Positions 17,185 through 27,414 are shown, counted from the first letter of the stretch. The stretch: DNA of 51,868 nucleotides from Pseudomonadota bacterium (GCA_043767805.1 JAYUGC010000167.1:1-51868), one strand, 5' to 3'. Made by a program: numbers and translations. Notes: generated from the sequence alone by a model not told the origin.

Positions 17185-18763
17185 ACCACACGGCGAAGCC
17201 CGACATGAACATCAAGAGCGGCGCGATGACAACCGACGCCAAGTTGATGATGCGGAAGCGCGATTCCGTGATGTCGAACGTGCTGGTATCCGAGGCTTTC
17301 GGGCGGATGGCGATAAGATCGGCATCGTGCGAAAGCCAGCTGACCATGTTCTCGAATAAGTCCGAGTTCACGCCTTTGGTACGAAACGAGTTCGAGGCGA
17401 AATCCACGTCGCCGACGACTACGACGCGATAATCCCGTTCTTCCTTCTTATCGGCCTCGGCGTCCGCGCCTTCTTTTTTCGGCTCGGCCGGGGCTCCCGC
17501 GATTTTTCCCGAAACGGCAACCGCCATGGAGAACGGCCCCTTCGTATCGTGATTCGGATCGAGCTTAACTTTATCTCCCTGAAGGGGGACTTCGAAACTG
17601 CGATCGCTCGAGGAGAAAAGCGTGTTCACGGTCGCGCCTTCCGGCGCGGGCGTGGCTTTTCCGATCGGCGTTGCCACCGCGAAAATGCTGAGCTGCTTAA
17701 TTTCTTGCGTGATCTCGTGGGTGCCGTCGTAGTTCGTCACGATGGGAGTCAACGGGTTACCGCCCGCGAGGCGCTGCAGAGGATTGGTCTCCACGATCGC
17801 CTGCTTCACGTGCCAATCGGCGCCGAACTTCATGAGAAGCGGCTTTAAGGTCGCCGTCGAATCGGGTTCCATCAGAAAGAGCGCTTTACCGCCCTTGGCA
17901 ATGAACGTATCGAGGGCCTTCAGCTCATGCTCCAGGAAATCACTCTTCGGGCCGGCGATGATGAGGATCTCGGCATCCGCGGGGACCGCTTCACTTTGCG
18001 CGAGGAGCAGGTCCTTCACGTCGTAGCGGCTACCTTCCAAGGATTCCTTGGCCTGGGAAAATCCCTTGGGGCCGGTTTCGGAAGGGAGGAGCTCTCCGTG
18101 CCCACTCGTGAAATAGATTTTCTTTTTATCGCCCTTCGCCACCTGAATGAGGGCGTTGGTGATTTTTTGCTCTAGCTTGGGATCATCAGGTCCCTGGAGA
18201 TTGTCGATTTTCGTGTGACGGGCCGCGGTCTCGACGATGATCGTGCCGGCGCGCTTGATGTCATACTTTTGCACGAGAAGCGGATCCTGATCGACGTCGA
18301 TGTACTCGGGCGTGAGCTTCTTCGAGAAGTAGGTGTACTTCTCGAAAATCTTCTCGAACTCGGGGCGCTGCATGGGCGAGATGAAGGCTTTCAGCGAAAC
18401 ATCCTGCTGCAGGCCCTTCACGACCTTGATGGACTGCTCGGAAAGCGTGTGCAGCTTGTTCTTCGTGAAGTCCCGCTTCACGTCGTACTTGCTCGTAATG
18501 AGGTTCAGCACCACCGCGATGGCCAGGAACAAGACCACCATCAGGAGCGAGTTCAATCCGTAGAGCGTCGTCTTTTTGCCCAGGGTCTTTCCAAGGGCCG
18601 TCTTAGAAAGCCAAACTCCGGCAATCGCCGTCACTACCGCGAGGCCTCCGGTTATCTGCCAGAGCAGCGGAATCTGGGGCGCCAGGTAGGCGGCAACGGC
18701 ACTGAAAAAAGCCAGGACGACGGTAGAGACCAAAAGGTACGTGACCGTAGAAGGTTTGTTCAT
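17165..18763 (-). CDS. GldG-like ABC transporter auxiliary membrane protein
   Basis: N-terminal TMs, DFTKNKLHTLSEQS, KIYFTSGHGE, VVVGDVDF, NxDLFxNxVxWL, C-terminal TM followed by RRRK; start ATG 18763. Confidence 0.85.
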   Translation of the reverse strand: MNKPSTVTYLLVSTVVLAFFSAVAAYLAPQIPLLWQITGGLAVVTAIAGVWLSKTALGKTLGKKTTLYGLNSLLMVVLFLAIAVVLNLITSKYDVKRDFTKNKLHTLSEQSIKVVKGLQQDVSLKAFISPMQRPEFEKIFEKYTYFSKKLTPEYIDVDQDPLLVQKYDIKRAGTIIVETAARHTKIDNLQGPDDPKLEQKITNALIQVAKGDKKKIYFTSGHGELLPSETGPKGFSQAKESLEGSRYDVKDLLLAQSEAVPADAEILIIAGPKSDFLEHELKALDTFIAKGGKALFLMEPDSTATLKPLLMKFGADWHVKQAIVETNPLQRLAGGNPLTPIVTNYDGTHEITQEIKQLSIFAVATPIGKATPAPEGATVNTLFSSSDRSFEVPLQGDKVKLDPNHDTKGPFSMAVAVSGKIAGAPAEPKKEGADAEADKKEERDYRVVVVGDVDFASNSFRTKGVNSDLFENMVSWLSHDADLIAIRPKASDTSTFDITESRFRIINLASVVIAPLLMFMSGFAVWFTRRRK

Positions 18764-18767
18764 TGGG

Positions 18768-19541
18768 TTATCTCCAACGGTTGCTTTCCACCACACGGTG
18801 GGTGAGGAACAAAATGAAACTGGTAAACGTGATGAAGTACATCAGGTCTTTAACGTGAATGAGCCCTTCCGCGAAGGTCGAGAAATGACCGAGCGGCGAG
18901 AGATAGACCAGAAGCGGTCCGAGCTCGACGGGGCCCCAACTCGCCGTCAACCCCTGTCCCAAGCTCTGCAAGAGCCAGAGAAGGAGCAAGACGATGAACG
19001 TCCATACGGCGGCAATCGCCTGGCTGCTCGTCATAGCGGAAATGAGGCCGCCGATCGAGATGTAACAAGCGAGAGAGAGGATCAAGCCGAGATAAGTCGT
19101 ACCGATGATGGCGAGATCCGGCGTGCCCCAGAGGATCATGAAGAGCACGTACAGGAAAGACGCCGCCACCATGCCGAGCATGAGCACGAAAGCCGCGGTG
19201 AACTTGCCGAGCACCAGTTCGAAGCCGCGGATCGGCGCGGTGAAGAGAAGCTCGAGCGTGCTTTGCCGGCGCTCTTCCGCGTACAGCTTCATGGTGAGAA
19301 ACGGCGTCACGAAACAAAGGATGAACGCCATGTTCTGGTAAAGGTACTGAGCGACCTTATCGAGGGTCACCGACTGGTTCATGCCGAACCGCTGCTGCAT
19401 GGTGTACGTCTGATAGATGGCGACGAACTTCGCGAAGATGATGCCCATGATCGCGAGGAAAATTCCCAGGACGATATAAGCCATCGGCGAGTAAAAATAG
19501 CACCGAAGCTCTTTCTTGATGATTGCTTTCGTTCCCCTCAT
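18768..19541 (-). CDS. GldF-like ABC-2 permease
   Basis: KKELRxYFxSPxAY, TMKLYAEERRQSTLELLFTAP, VLGKF. Confidence 0.9.
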   Translation of the reverse strand: MRGTKAIIKKELRCYFYSPMAYIVLGIFLAIMGIIFAKFVAIYQTYTMQQRFGMNQSVTLDKVAQYLYQNMAFILCFVTPFLTMKLYAEERRQSTLELLFTAPIRGFELVLGKFTAAFVLMLGMVAASFLYVLFMILWGTPDLAIIGTTYLGLILSLACYISIGGLISAMTSSQAIAAVWTFIVLLLLWLLQSLGQGLTASWGPVELGPLLVYLSPLGHFSTFAEGLIHVKDLMYFITFTSFILFLTHRVVESNRWR

Positions 19542-20476
19542 ACCGCGCTCCTTTTACCCACACCGATGAGACCGAGATAATACTCTTCGAGGGCCAGCTG
19601 CACCGGCGCCATGCGAAGGAGTCCCGCGTTCTTAGAAATGACCGCTTTCGACATTTCGGAGAGAAGCGCGTCGCCCCCATCCGATTCCACGATGAGGCGG
19701 TTCGTTCCATTCTCGATGCGGCTAACTTTGTGTACGCCGCTCAAGCCTTGCAGGCTAGTCACGAGATCATCGGTCAGCTTCTGAACGACGATTTCCGTTT
19801 TCATCGTGCCGCCGTAGGTGGCCTTCTCCGCGAGGGACTCCTGAGCGACGATCTTGCCCTGGTCGATGATGAGAATGCGGTCGCAGGTGGCGGCCACTTC
19901 GGAAAGAATGTGCGTGCTGTAGATGACCGTCTTGTCGCCGCGGAAGGACTGAATGAGGCTGCGGGCCTCGGTCACCTGGCGCGGATCGAGACCGACCGTA
20001 GGCTCGTCGAGAATGAGGACTTCGGGATCGGCCAAGATCGCCTGGGCGAGGCCCACGCGCTGACGATACCCTTTCGACAAATTTCCGATGAGCCGATTAC
20101 GAACGGCGCCGAGCTGGCAGCGGTCGACGGCGGAGTCGATCTTTTTGCGCTTGTCCGCTTTCGGGATGCCTCGAAGATCGGCGACGAAATCCAAATACTC
20201 CGAAACGAGCAGCTCCGTGTAGACGGGCGGCGTTTCCGGCAAATAGCCGATACGCTTTTTTACCTCGAGCGGGTTATCGAAAACATCGAACCCCGCGATG
20301 CTCACCGAGCCGGAGGTTGGCGCCATGAACCCCGTGAGGATTTTCATGGTGGTGGTTTTCCCCGCGCCGTTCTGGCCGAGGAACCCAAGAATTTCACCTT
20401 TTTTTACCGAGAAGGAGACGTTGTCGACGGCTTGTCGTTCGCCGTAGGACTTGGTCAAATTACGCACTTCGATCAT
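19538..20476 (-). CDS. GldA-like ABC transporter ATP-binding protein
   Basis: GQNGAGKTT, LSKGYRQRVGLAQA, ILDEPTVGLDP, STH. Confidence 0.93.
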   Translation of the reverse strand: MIEVRNLTKSYGERQAVDNVSFSVKKGEILGFLGQNGAGKTTTMKILTGFMAPTSGSVSIAGFDVFDNPLEVKKRIGYLPETPPVYTELLVSEYLDFVADLRGIPKADKRKKIDSAVDRCQLGAVRNRLIGNLSKGYRQRVGLAQAILADPEVLILDEPTVGLDPRQVTEARSLIQSFRGDKTVIYSTHILSEVAATCDRILIIDQGKIVAQESLAEKATYGGTMKTEIVVQKLTDDLVTSLQGLSGVHKVSRIENGTNRLIVESDGGDALLSEMSKAVISKNAGLLRMAPVQLALEEYYLGLIGVGKRSAV

Positions 20477-20640
20477 CGTGCTCTCCAGGAAGAGTTAACT
20501 GTTTAGGACGTATCTAGTTATCTCTTTGTGATGACATAGCTAAATCGGTACATATTTTGATTCCCGATTTAATGTTGTCAAGAATAGTGGCCCTGATTAC
20601 ACTCCGTGTCCATCGTTAAATCCGGTCTGGAAGGGCTCCC

Positions 20641-21288
20641 ATGAAGATCTTTATCGACTCCGCCGACATTAAAGAAATCAAGGAAGCGGGAGCGCTCGGA
20701 GTCCTGGACGGGGTAACGACCAACCCTAGCCTGGTTGCCAAAACCGGCCGGCCCTTCGAAGAGGTCGCCCGGGAAATCTGCCAGTTCGTCAAAGGCCCCG
20801 TCAGCCTCGAAGTCGTCAGCCTCAACTGGCAGGAAATGGTCAACGAAGGCAAAGCGCTTCGCGAGAAGTACGGCCAAAACGTCGTCGTGAAAATTCCCAT
20901 GACGGCCGATGGCTTGAAGGCTACCAAGGCCCTGACTTCCGAAGGCATTCCGGTCAACGTCACTCTGATTTTCCAGCCGCTCCAGGCGATGCTGGCTGCG
21001 AAAGCGGGCGCGACTTACGTGAGCCCCTTCGTGGGCCGTCACGACGACATCACCCAGGATGGCATGGCGGTCGTCGCCGACATCATCGAGATTTTCCGCA
21101 ATTACGGCTTCAAAACGCAAACGCTGGTAGCGAGTGCGCGTCATCCGATTCACGTTCTCGAGGCGGCGCGCCTCGGCGCCGAAGTCGCGACGCTTCCGCT
21201 CTCGGTGGTGCAGCAGTTCATGAAGCATCCGCTCACCGACAGCGGTCTCGCGAAGTTCCTCGACGATTGGAAGAAAGTTAAGGCGTGA
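20641..21288 (+). CDS. tal: Transaldolase / fructose-6-phosphate aldolase family
   Basis: [32 protein letters not shown], HPLTDxGL. Confidence 0.93.
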   Translation: MKIFIDSADIKEIKEAGALGVLDGVTTNPSLVAKTGRPFEEVAREICQFVKGPVSLEVVSLNWQEMVNEGKALREKYGQNVVVKIPMTADGLKATKALTSEGIPVNVTLIFQPLQAMLAAKAGATYVSPFVGRHDDITQDGMAVVADIIEIFRNYGFKTQTLVASARHPIHVLEAARLGAEVATLPLSVVQQFMKHPLTDSGLAKFLDDWKKVKA

Positions 21289-21947
21289 GTCCGCCGGCGG
21301 GAGTGGCGGTCTTCGCCAAATATCCCGAGCCCGGAAAAGTGAAGACCCGTCTCGCCAAATCCGTTGGACCCGAGGCGGCTGCCGCCATTTACGAACGGCT
21401 TCTCGGTCATTTCATCGAGCACACCCTCGTCAAACTGCCGGCGTCCGACTTTGCGGTCACCTGGTTCTGCGAGCCTTCTGCTCCTCTCGAAAAATACGCG
21501 GCCCTATTTTCCTTCACCGGCTTTGCCGTCGAATCTCAAGTGGGTGCCGATCTCGGCGAACGCTTGAAGCACGCCCTGGAACACTTACGGAAATCTCAAG
21601 AGCGCGTGATGGTCGTGGGCACGGATTGCATCGATCTCTCGCCGGATATTGTTCAAAAAGCCGCACTTTCTCTCGAAACGACGGATCTAACTGTCGGACC
21701 TACCGGAGATGGCGGTTATTATCTGCTGGGCCTCAAACAAGTTTCCGAAGCGCTTTTTGACGGCATTCCCTGGTCCACGAGCCAAGTTCTGCCCCTCACG
21801 CTAGCCACGGCGGACTCGCTCAAATGGAAAACTCATCTCCTGCCGCCTCTGCGAGATATCGACGACGCGAAGGATTGGGAAGCGATTGGCTGGCGGTGCG
21901 ACGAGGAAAACGAAGCGATTAGAAACTTACGCCGGAAAAAAACGTAA
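21285..21947 (+). CDS. DUF2064/TIGR04282-type glycosyltransferase-like protein
   Basis: [14 protein letters not shown], QxGxDLGERL, GTDC, [12 protein letters not shown]. Confidence 0.88.
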   Translation: MSPPAGVAVFAKYPEPGKVKTRLAKSVGPEAAAAIYERLLGHFIEHTLVKLPASDFAVTWFCEPSAPLEKYAALFSFTGFAVESQVGADLGERLKHALEHLRKSQERVMVVGTDCIDLSPDIVQKAALSLETTDLTVGPTGDGGYYLLGLKQVSEALFDGIPWSTSQVLPLTLATADSLKWKTHLLPPLRDIDDAKDWEAIGWRCDEENEAIRNLRRKKT

Positions 21948-22905
21948 CCGGATTGACCGGCACGCCGTTCTTACGGACTTCGTAGTGAAGATGGGGACCG
22001 GTGGAGTGGCCCGTGGAGCCGACTTCCGAAATCTTTTCGCCGCGTCGAACTTTCTGCCCTGTGGTGACGAAAAGCTTCGCATTGTGGCCGAAGAGAGTGC
22101 GAATGCCGTAGCCATGATCGATGACGACGACTTTACCGTAGCCCGCGCGGTAGCCGGCGTAAAGCACCGAGCCCATGGCGGGAGAACGCACCGGGGCGCC
22201 CGAATCGGCCGCGAGATCGACACCTGCATGCAAGCGATAGGAACCGTCGTAGGGATTTCTGCGATAGCCGAATGTCGATGATAACCAGCCGTTGACCGGA
22301 AGGAGCGACGGCGTTGCCGCGATGAACGCGCTTTGCGCGAGCAAGTAAATCTGAAGCTTGGTCAGATGGTATTCCGCGGTCACGCTCGCGTGCTTGAGCC
22401 CGTCCACCCGATCGATGAGGGAAATCGCATCTTGCGGAATCGCCGTATTGGACGCGCCGGGCTCCAGAGGATCGAGAAAGCGGGAGCTCTTCGGAGGCTT
22501 TGCCGCCGGTGAGCGTTGCACGTCGGAACCGGGCGCTTCCCAAGGCATCGAGCCGCCGTTTTCCTTGTCGCCCTGCCCGGTGAGTAGCTGCAGCTTCTTC
22601 GCGTAGTTGCGAACGCGCTCGATGGTGGATTCCATGGAGTCCACTTTGTTGCGAATGAGCTGAATGTCCCGGCGGAGCTTGAAGTTCTCGCCTTTCAGCG
22701 CCTTGTTCTCGGCCATCCCGCGGAGCACGTGCACGTAATCCATGCCGATGATGACGAGAAAAATCAGGCAAAGAGAAACGAGAATGGCACTGAGCTTGAC
22801 CAGAAAAAACGGAACGGCGACGCGGTACACCCGACGCGTGCGCTCAGGCACGACCATCAAGGTCACGAAGCGATCGCGCCACCATCTTTTTGGCTTAGTG
22901 ATCAA
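21919..22905 (-). CDS. M23 family peptidoglycan endopeptidase with N-terminal TM and coiled coil
   Basis: HAGVD, GYG, TLFGH, STGPHLHYEV. Confidence 0.92.
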   Translation of the reverse strand: MITKPKRWWRDRFVTLMVVPERTRRVYRVAVPFFLVKLSAILVSLCLIFLVIIGMDYVHVLRGMAENKALKGENFKLRRDIQLIRNKVDSMESTIERVRNYAKKLQLLTGQGDKENGGSMPWEAPGSDVQRSPAAKPPKSSRFLDPLEPGASNTAIPQDAISLIDRVDGLKHASVTAEYHLTKLQIYLLAQSAFIAATPSLLPVNGWLSSTFGYRRNPYDGSYRLHAGVDLAADSGAPVRSPAMGSVLYAGYRAGYGKVVVIDHGYGIRTLFGHNAKLFVTTGQKVRRGEKISEVGSTGHSTGPHLHYEVRKNGVPVNPVTFFSGVSF

Positions 22906-22972
22906 ACCATCCTCTATAAGTAAGGTTTCGTAGTAACCGACACTCGCGGAAAAACCAACTCTTAAAGACCGA

Positions 22973-23692
22973 TCAAAGGGATTCGACTTCTACCAGCAAT
23001 GCCGTGATGTTATCGTCGCCGCCCCGCGAATTGGCGAGATCCACCAGATTACGCAGACCGTTCTCAGGGCCCGAGCGTTTGAGCTCTTCGGCGATTTCAT
23101 TCATCTCGATCAAACCGGAAAGACCGTCGGTACAGAGCACGAAATATTCTCCCGCCTGGATTTTACGGCGGTAAATATCGACGGAAACGTGGTCTTCGTA
23201 ACCCACCGAGCGAGTGATGACGTTACGAAACTGATAATTGTTCGCCTGGCCCGCGGCGATGCGGCCCGCCCGGATTTCTTCGTTGAGCAGGGAATGATCT
23301 TCGGTGACTTGCCAGATCTCGTCGCCGCGCACGAGGTACACCCGGCTGTCTCCGACTTGGCCGATGTAGGCGACGCCTTCGTGAAAAAGAAGAGCGGCGA
23401 CCGTCGTACCCATGCCGGCGAGCTCCGCGTTGCCCACGGACTCTTTGTAAATTTCTTTGCTCGATAAGTTGATGCCGCGATCGAGAATGTCCCGGGGCGC
23501 AGCCTTGCGATTTTCCAAGGCGAACTTCTGCATCACGTTCACCGCGAGCTGGCTGGCGACTTCGCCGCCCCGGTGACCGCCCATGCCGTCGGCGACGACG
23601 TAAAGCGCCAAGGGATCGTCCTTCAGGAAGGAGTCCTGGTTAATCTTCCGCTTACGTCCAATGTCGGTAACCGCGTAGGAATTGAGCTTCAC
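22973..23692 (-). CDS. PP2C-family (Stp1-like) Ser/Thr phosphatase
   Basis: TDIGRKR..NQD, VADGMGGH, MGTT, VGDSRVY, LCTDGL, GGDDNIT. Confidence 0.95.
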   Translation of the reverse strand: MKLNSYAVTDIGRKRKINQDSFLKDDPLALYVVADGMGGHRGGEVASQLAVNVMQKFALENRKAAPRDILDRGINLSSKEIYKESVGNAELAGMGTTVAALLFHEGVAYIGQVGDSRVYLVRGDEIWQVTEDHSLLNEEIRAGRIAAGQANNYQFRNVITRSVGYEDHVSVDIYRRKIQAGEYFVLCTDGLSGLIEMNEIAEELKRSGPENGLRNLVDLANSRGGDDNITALLVEVESL

Positions 23693-24993
23693 ACCTCTCC
23701 TAACGGCACTTTCTCGAATAGAATCGAGGGAGAACCATGATTGCCAAACAGCGTTAAATCGCTTCCCACGCCGACCGCTTTGCGCAGTAGCTCAAAGGCG
23801 TCGAATTGCAGGGAGATACCTCGCTTCAGGGGGCCGGCTTTGCCCTTCTCGATGAGCTGACCACAGGCTCGAAGTACGAACTGCGTGGACCCTTCCCCGA
23901 GCGACTCGAGAGACTCAACGCGACGCAACCAAACCCCTTCCTTCGCTTCTTGAAGCAGGGCTTCGGTCCCCGTCGCGGAAGGCTTGAAGTAACAGGTCGA
24001 AACCTGGACCGATGGCCAGATGGCCCCGGGCGCCTTCAACCAGTTGCCGGTGCTAAGGCGATTTTCGCGTGTTGCTTCGTAAGTGTCGAAAAGCAGATTC
24101 CTGAGCGCCCCTCTTTCGACGAGAGTCGTCTCCCGCGTGAGCGTGCCTTCACAATCAAACGCGGTGGAGTACGGAGACTCGGGGTGATTGCCGACATCGA
24201 CGAGCGTCAGCACCGGCGAAAACACATGCTTGGGATCGTGGCCGTGCAGCGGAGATTTACGGTGCCGGAGCCGGTCCGAGAAAAACCACGGCATGATCTT
24301 GGCGAGCAGTGCGCTCGCTACCGCCGGAGAGAAAACCACCGACGATTTACCTTTGAGCTTTGCCTCCTCCGCGGCCGCAAATTGGGCGGAATCCTGGGCA
24401 AGACTGTTTAAAACCGCGGCCATTCCCTCGGCTCCGTGGCGATTCGCGCGCTCTTCTCTGAGGAGCACCACACCGGTCGGCGTGGGAGCCGCGGTGGAAA
24501 ACTGCGCCGCGAAAACCGAGCGTGAGTCTTTCAACGTAAATCGCTCGGCTTTACGCCGGACGTGCATATCGAATTGCCGCGCTTCGTACTTCTCTTCGAC
24601 GAAAGCGACTTCGGAAACCGGATTTGTCCAAAGCGATCGCTCAGGGAGCGTGGGTAACGTGGCGTGGGGAGGCGCGTCGGCCTTTTTCCAAATGGGGAAC
24701 CGAAACCAGGGATCTCCCGTCGAGCAGCGAGCGGCGTGAAAGGCGCTTTCCACCAGGCGATTTAAAGACGCTTCGTCGACCGCGGTCACCACGGCGGTAC
24801 CCGGCGCCTTTCGGTGGAGAACGCGGAGACTCAGCCAAAAACCCTCGTCCGAGGTCTCGGCCACGAGCTGACCATTTTGATGCCGGCTCGAAGCGGAATG
24901 GTGGCTTTCGACCGCAATCTCGAAATCGTCGGCAAAAATCAGTTTCGGATGGTGCCGAACCTTCTCCGAAACTTCCTCGAGTAAAATGGGCAC
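23689..24993 (-). CDS. PmbA/TldE family protein (divergent)
   Basis: VVFSP, FDCEG, LVERGxLxxLLxD, STGN, SPSILF; no HExxGH motif. Confidence 0.75.
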   Translation of the reverse strand: MPILLEEVSEKVRHHPKLIFADDFEIAVESHHSASSRHQNGQLVAETSDEGFWLSLRVLHRKAPGTAVVTAVDEASLNRLVESAFHAARCSTGDPWFRFPIWKKADAPPHATLPTLPERSLWTNPVSEVAFVEEKYEARQFDMHVRRKAERFTLKDSRSVFAAQFSTAAPTPTGVVLLREERANRHGAEGMAAVLNSLAQDSAQFAAAEEAKLKGKSSVVFSPAVASALLAKIMPWFFSDRLRHRKSPLHGHDPKHVFSPVLTLVDVGNHPESPYSTAFDCEGTLTRETTLVERGALRNLLFDTYEATRENRLSTGNWLKAPGAIWPSVQVSTCYFKPSATGTEALLQEAKEGVWLRRVESLESLGEGSTQFVLRACGQLIEKGKAGPLKRGISLQFDAFELLRKAVGVGSDLTLFGNHGSPSILFEKVPLGEV

Positions 24994-25005
24994 TGGAGCT
25001 CCCTC

Positions 25006-25839
25006 TTAGGCCATGTTGAGTTTCGAGCGAAGGGCTTCCGACCATTTCTTTCGGGTGGAACCCACTAGACGCAGTACGGTGCCGGACTCCGCGGCGACGA
25101 TGCGATCGCCCCCCTGGATGTCGAAGCTGATCTGACCGTCACAAACCAGAAAACCAGAGTCGGAATCGGCGGCGAGATCGATCTCGACCGGATGATTCGC
25201 GGGCACGACGATGGAGCGCGCGGAGAGCGCGTGGGAACAAATCGGAACGAGCAAAATCGCCTTGAGCTCGGGATGAATGATGGGTCCGCCCGCCGACAAA
25301 CCGTAAGCCGTGGAGCCCGTTGGGGTCGAAACGATGTAACCATCGGCGCCGACCTCACTGAGCAGCTCGCCCCCCGTGCTCACATCGAATTTAAGCATGG
25401 TGGTCCGCGCTTCTTTGGTCACCACGGCGTCGTTAAAAACGACGGCGGACTCGACCTTCTTTCCCTTTCGCAAAAGGGAAATGTCGAGAAGCATGCGGCG
25501 GTGCTCGATGGCTTTTCCGGAAAGCGCCTCTTCGACGGCCGAAATCATCTCATCGGGCGCGGTCTCCGTGATGAAACCGAGGCTGCCCAAGTTCACGCCC
25601 AGGATCGGAAAGCCGTCTTTCTTCTCTAATTGGCGGACCAGGCGAAGAAAGGTGCCGTCACCCCCGATGACCACGCCCAGAATCACACCGGTCACTTCCG
25701 TGGCGGCAATGGGTCCGTCGGTGTCGGTGCAGTCCAAAACCTCGTACGAGTGCCCTTTCAGCCAAGCGGACAGTTCTTTGCCCGCGCGGACGGCTTTTTC
25801 GCTCCGCTGAAGGACGAACAGCAGCACCTTACGACTCAT
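25006..25839 (-). CDS. nadK: NAD(+) kinase
   Basis: GGDGTFL, GVNLGSLGF, ND, DGYIVSTPTGSTAYGLSAGGP. Confidence 0.95.
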   Translation of the reverse strand: MSRKVLLFVLQRSEKAVRAGKELSAWLKGHSYEVLDCTDTDGPIAATEVTGVILGVVIGGDGTFLRLVRQLEKKDGFPILGVNLGSLGFITETAPDEMISAVEEALSGKAIEHRRMLLDISLLRKGKKVESAVVFNDAVVTKEARTTMLKFDVSTGGELLSEVGADGYIVSTPTGSTAYGLSAGGPIIHPELKAILLVPICSHALSARSIVVPANHPVEIDLAADSDSGFLVCDGQISFDIQGGDRIVAAESGTVLRLVGSTRKKWSEALRSKLNMA

Positions 25840-26004
25840 GACGGCTATCCTAACACTCCCCGGGGGCGCGGGAAATGGGCCCAGCCGAGAGAGGGCCCAT
25901 CCAGGGTTTTATTGCGGCGCGGTGACTTGACGTTTTTTGAACCCAAGTTAGCCTTGAAGGACTCTATTGCTCCCTTCCCAGCCTTCGGCATGGAATAAAA
26001 GATT

Positions 26005-27234
26005 ATGAACTCTATCGTCAAAATTACTCTGCCCCTCTTGGTCGCCCTCACCTTCCTCTTCCCGGCTCAGGAAGCTTCCGCCCGGCGCCGCCGCGGGGGC
26101 AAGCGCGTCAAGCAGACGCCGGTGACCCACCCCATGATTTTGTGGTCGCGAACGGTGTCGGAAAGTAAGGACCTCGAGCAAAGACGGGTCGCGGCTTATA
26201 AGCTGAGCCAGTATTCCCAGCGCATTTTTCCGTCGGGCGTTGTCACGACCCTCATTGCCTGCGTGAAGGACAGTGACGTCCAAATCAAGGTGTTTTGCAC
26301 GAAAGCCATGGGTAACGCCGGCACCTCCGCGCATTCGGACTCGATCCGCGCGGCGCTACTCGACCGCTTTCATAACGATGCCATGCTCAGAAACACCGTG
26401 GTGCGCGCTTTCGTTGCGCGCAAAGATAGCGGCCCTGAAGTTCAGGAAGAGTTTTTGAATGCCCTGAAAAATGCGGACAAAGAAGAAGATCGTCTGGCCC
26501 TACTTGGTTACTTCGAGCAGTTCGGCATTCCGTCCGACAAGCTGGTCGACGATCTAGCCAAAACATTCGCGAAAAACGAAGATTCCAAAACTCGGCGAGC
26601 CATCGTCCGGGTACTTTCGGAGAAAGGCCGCGGCCAAGCGCAATTGGTCGAATTACTCGCGAGCTGCGCAGCCAGCAAAGACACGCCCCTCATTCTCATG
26701 TGCCTGTCCGCTCTGCAAAGCCAGGCCAAGAACGACAAGCGCTCTTGGGAAGCCGCGGAAAAATCGATCGTCAGCGACGATCCCGACGTGCTCATGGCCT
26801 CTCTCGATTTGATGAACGTTCTGCCCGAGACGACTAACACGAAAATATCGAGCCGTCTCTTGGACATCATCAGCAATACCGACGATCCGGAGATTCAGGA
26901 AAAAGCAATTTTATCGCTCGGCGCGACCGGCGATCGCAGCGAAGTGATCGTGAAGACCTTGATGAAAATTTTGGAAGAGGCAAGTTACGACGAATCTATC
27001 CAGATTGCGGCGGGACTATCGCTCGGCCAACAGGCGACGGCGTTTCCGGAAAAGCCGAAAGAATTTCTCGGTACTTGTAGAAAGAGCGGCCGCACTCAGG
27101 CGCTCCGCACGGCTTGCGGTCTGGCGTCCGACGACTTGGAAGCTCGTCAGAAGAAGGACGAGAAGAGCACAGTGAAAAACGAGCCGCCTCCGGGCACGCC
27201 TCAAGCAACGGCTGAGAAGACGACTAGCCCTTAG
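26005..27234 (+). CDS. HEAT-repeat protein with N-terminal signal peptide
   Basis: Repeated D..V/I....LG helical units; hydrophobic leader ending ASA. Confidence 0.75.
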   Translation: MNSIVKITLPLLVALTFLFPAQEASARRRRGGKRVKQTPVTHPMILWSRTVSESKDLEQRRVAAYKLSQYSQRIFPSGVVTTLIACVKDSDVQIKVFCTKAMGNAGTSAHSDSIRAALLDRFHNDAMLRNTVVRAFVARKDSGPEVQEEFLNALKNADKEEDRLALLGYFEQFGIPSDKLVDDLAKTFAKNEDSKTRRAIVRVLSEKGRGQAQLVELLASCAASKDTPLILMCLSALQSQAKNDKRSWEAAEKSIVSDDPDVLMASLDLMNVLPETTNTKISSRLLDIISNTDDPEIQEKAILSLGATGDRSEVIVKTLMKILEEASYDESIQIAAGLSLGQQATAFPEKPKEFLGTCRKSGRTQALRTACGLASDDLEARQKKDEKSTVKNEPPPGTPQATAEKTTSP

Positions 27235-27245
27235 CTATTTTGTTT

Positions 27246-27414
27246 GTCATTCCGCGGCCCCAAGCCGTCGGAACCTTCGCAGCACGGAAAAGCTTCAATG
27301 GAGATGGGCGTTCGACGATGAACAGCTTCAAGCCATTCCCATTCCTAAGACTATCGCGCGTCTTGAGAAATTCTACGCTGGTAAGGTTCCGACGGCTTGG
27401 GGCCGCGGAATGAC
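27246..27414. repeat. 169-bp element with perfect 32-bp terminal inverted repeats (REPIN/MITE-like)
   Basis: GTCATTCCGCGGCCCCAAGCCGTCGGAACCTT (27246-27277) and its exact reverse complement (27383-27414), located between convergent genes. Confidence 0.85.

Noticed and set aside
18741..20506. Long + strand ORFs (279 and 327 aa) opposite the ABC genes; similar ones at 35310-36434, 38258-39100 and 44064-45891
   Set aside because: Antisense shadows of well-supported genes in GC-rich DNA; no recognisable motifs
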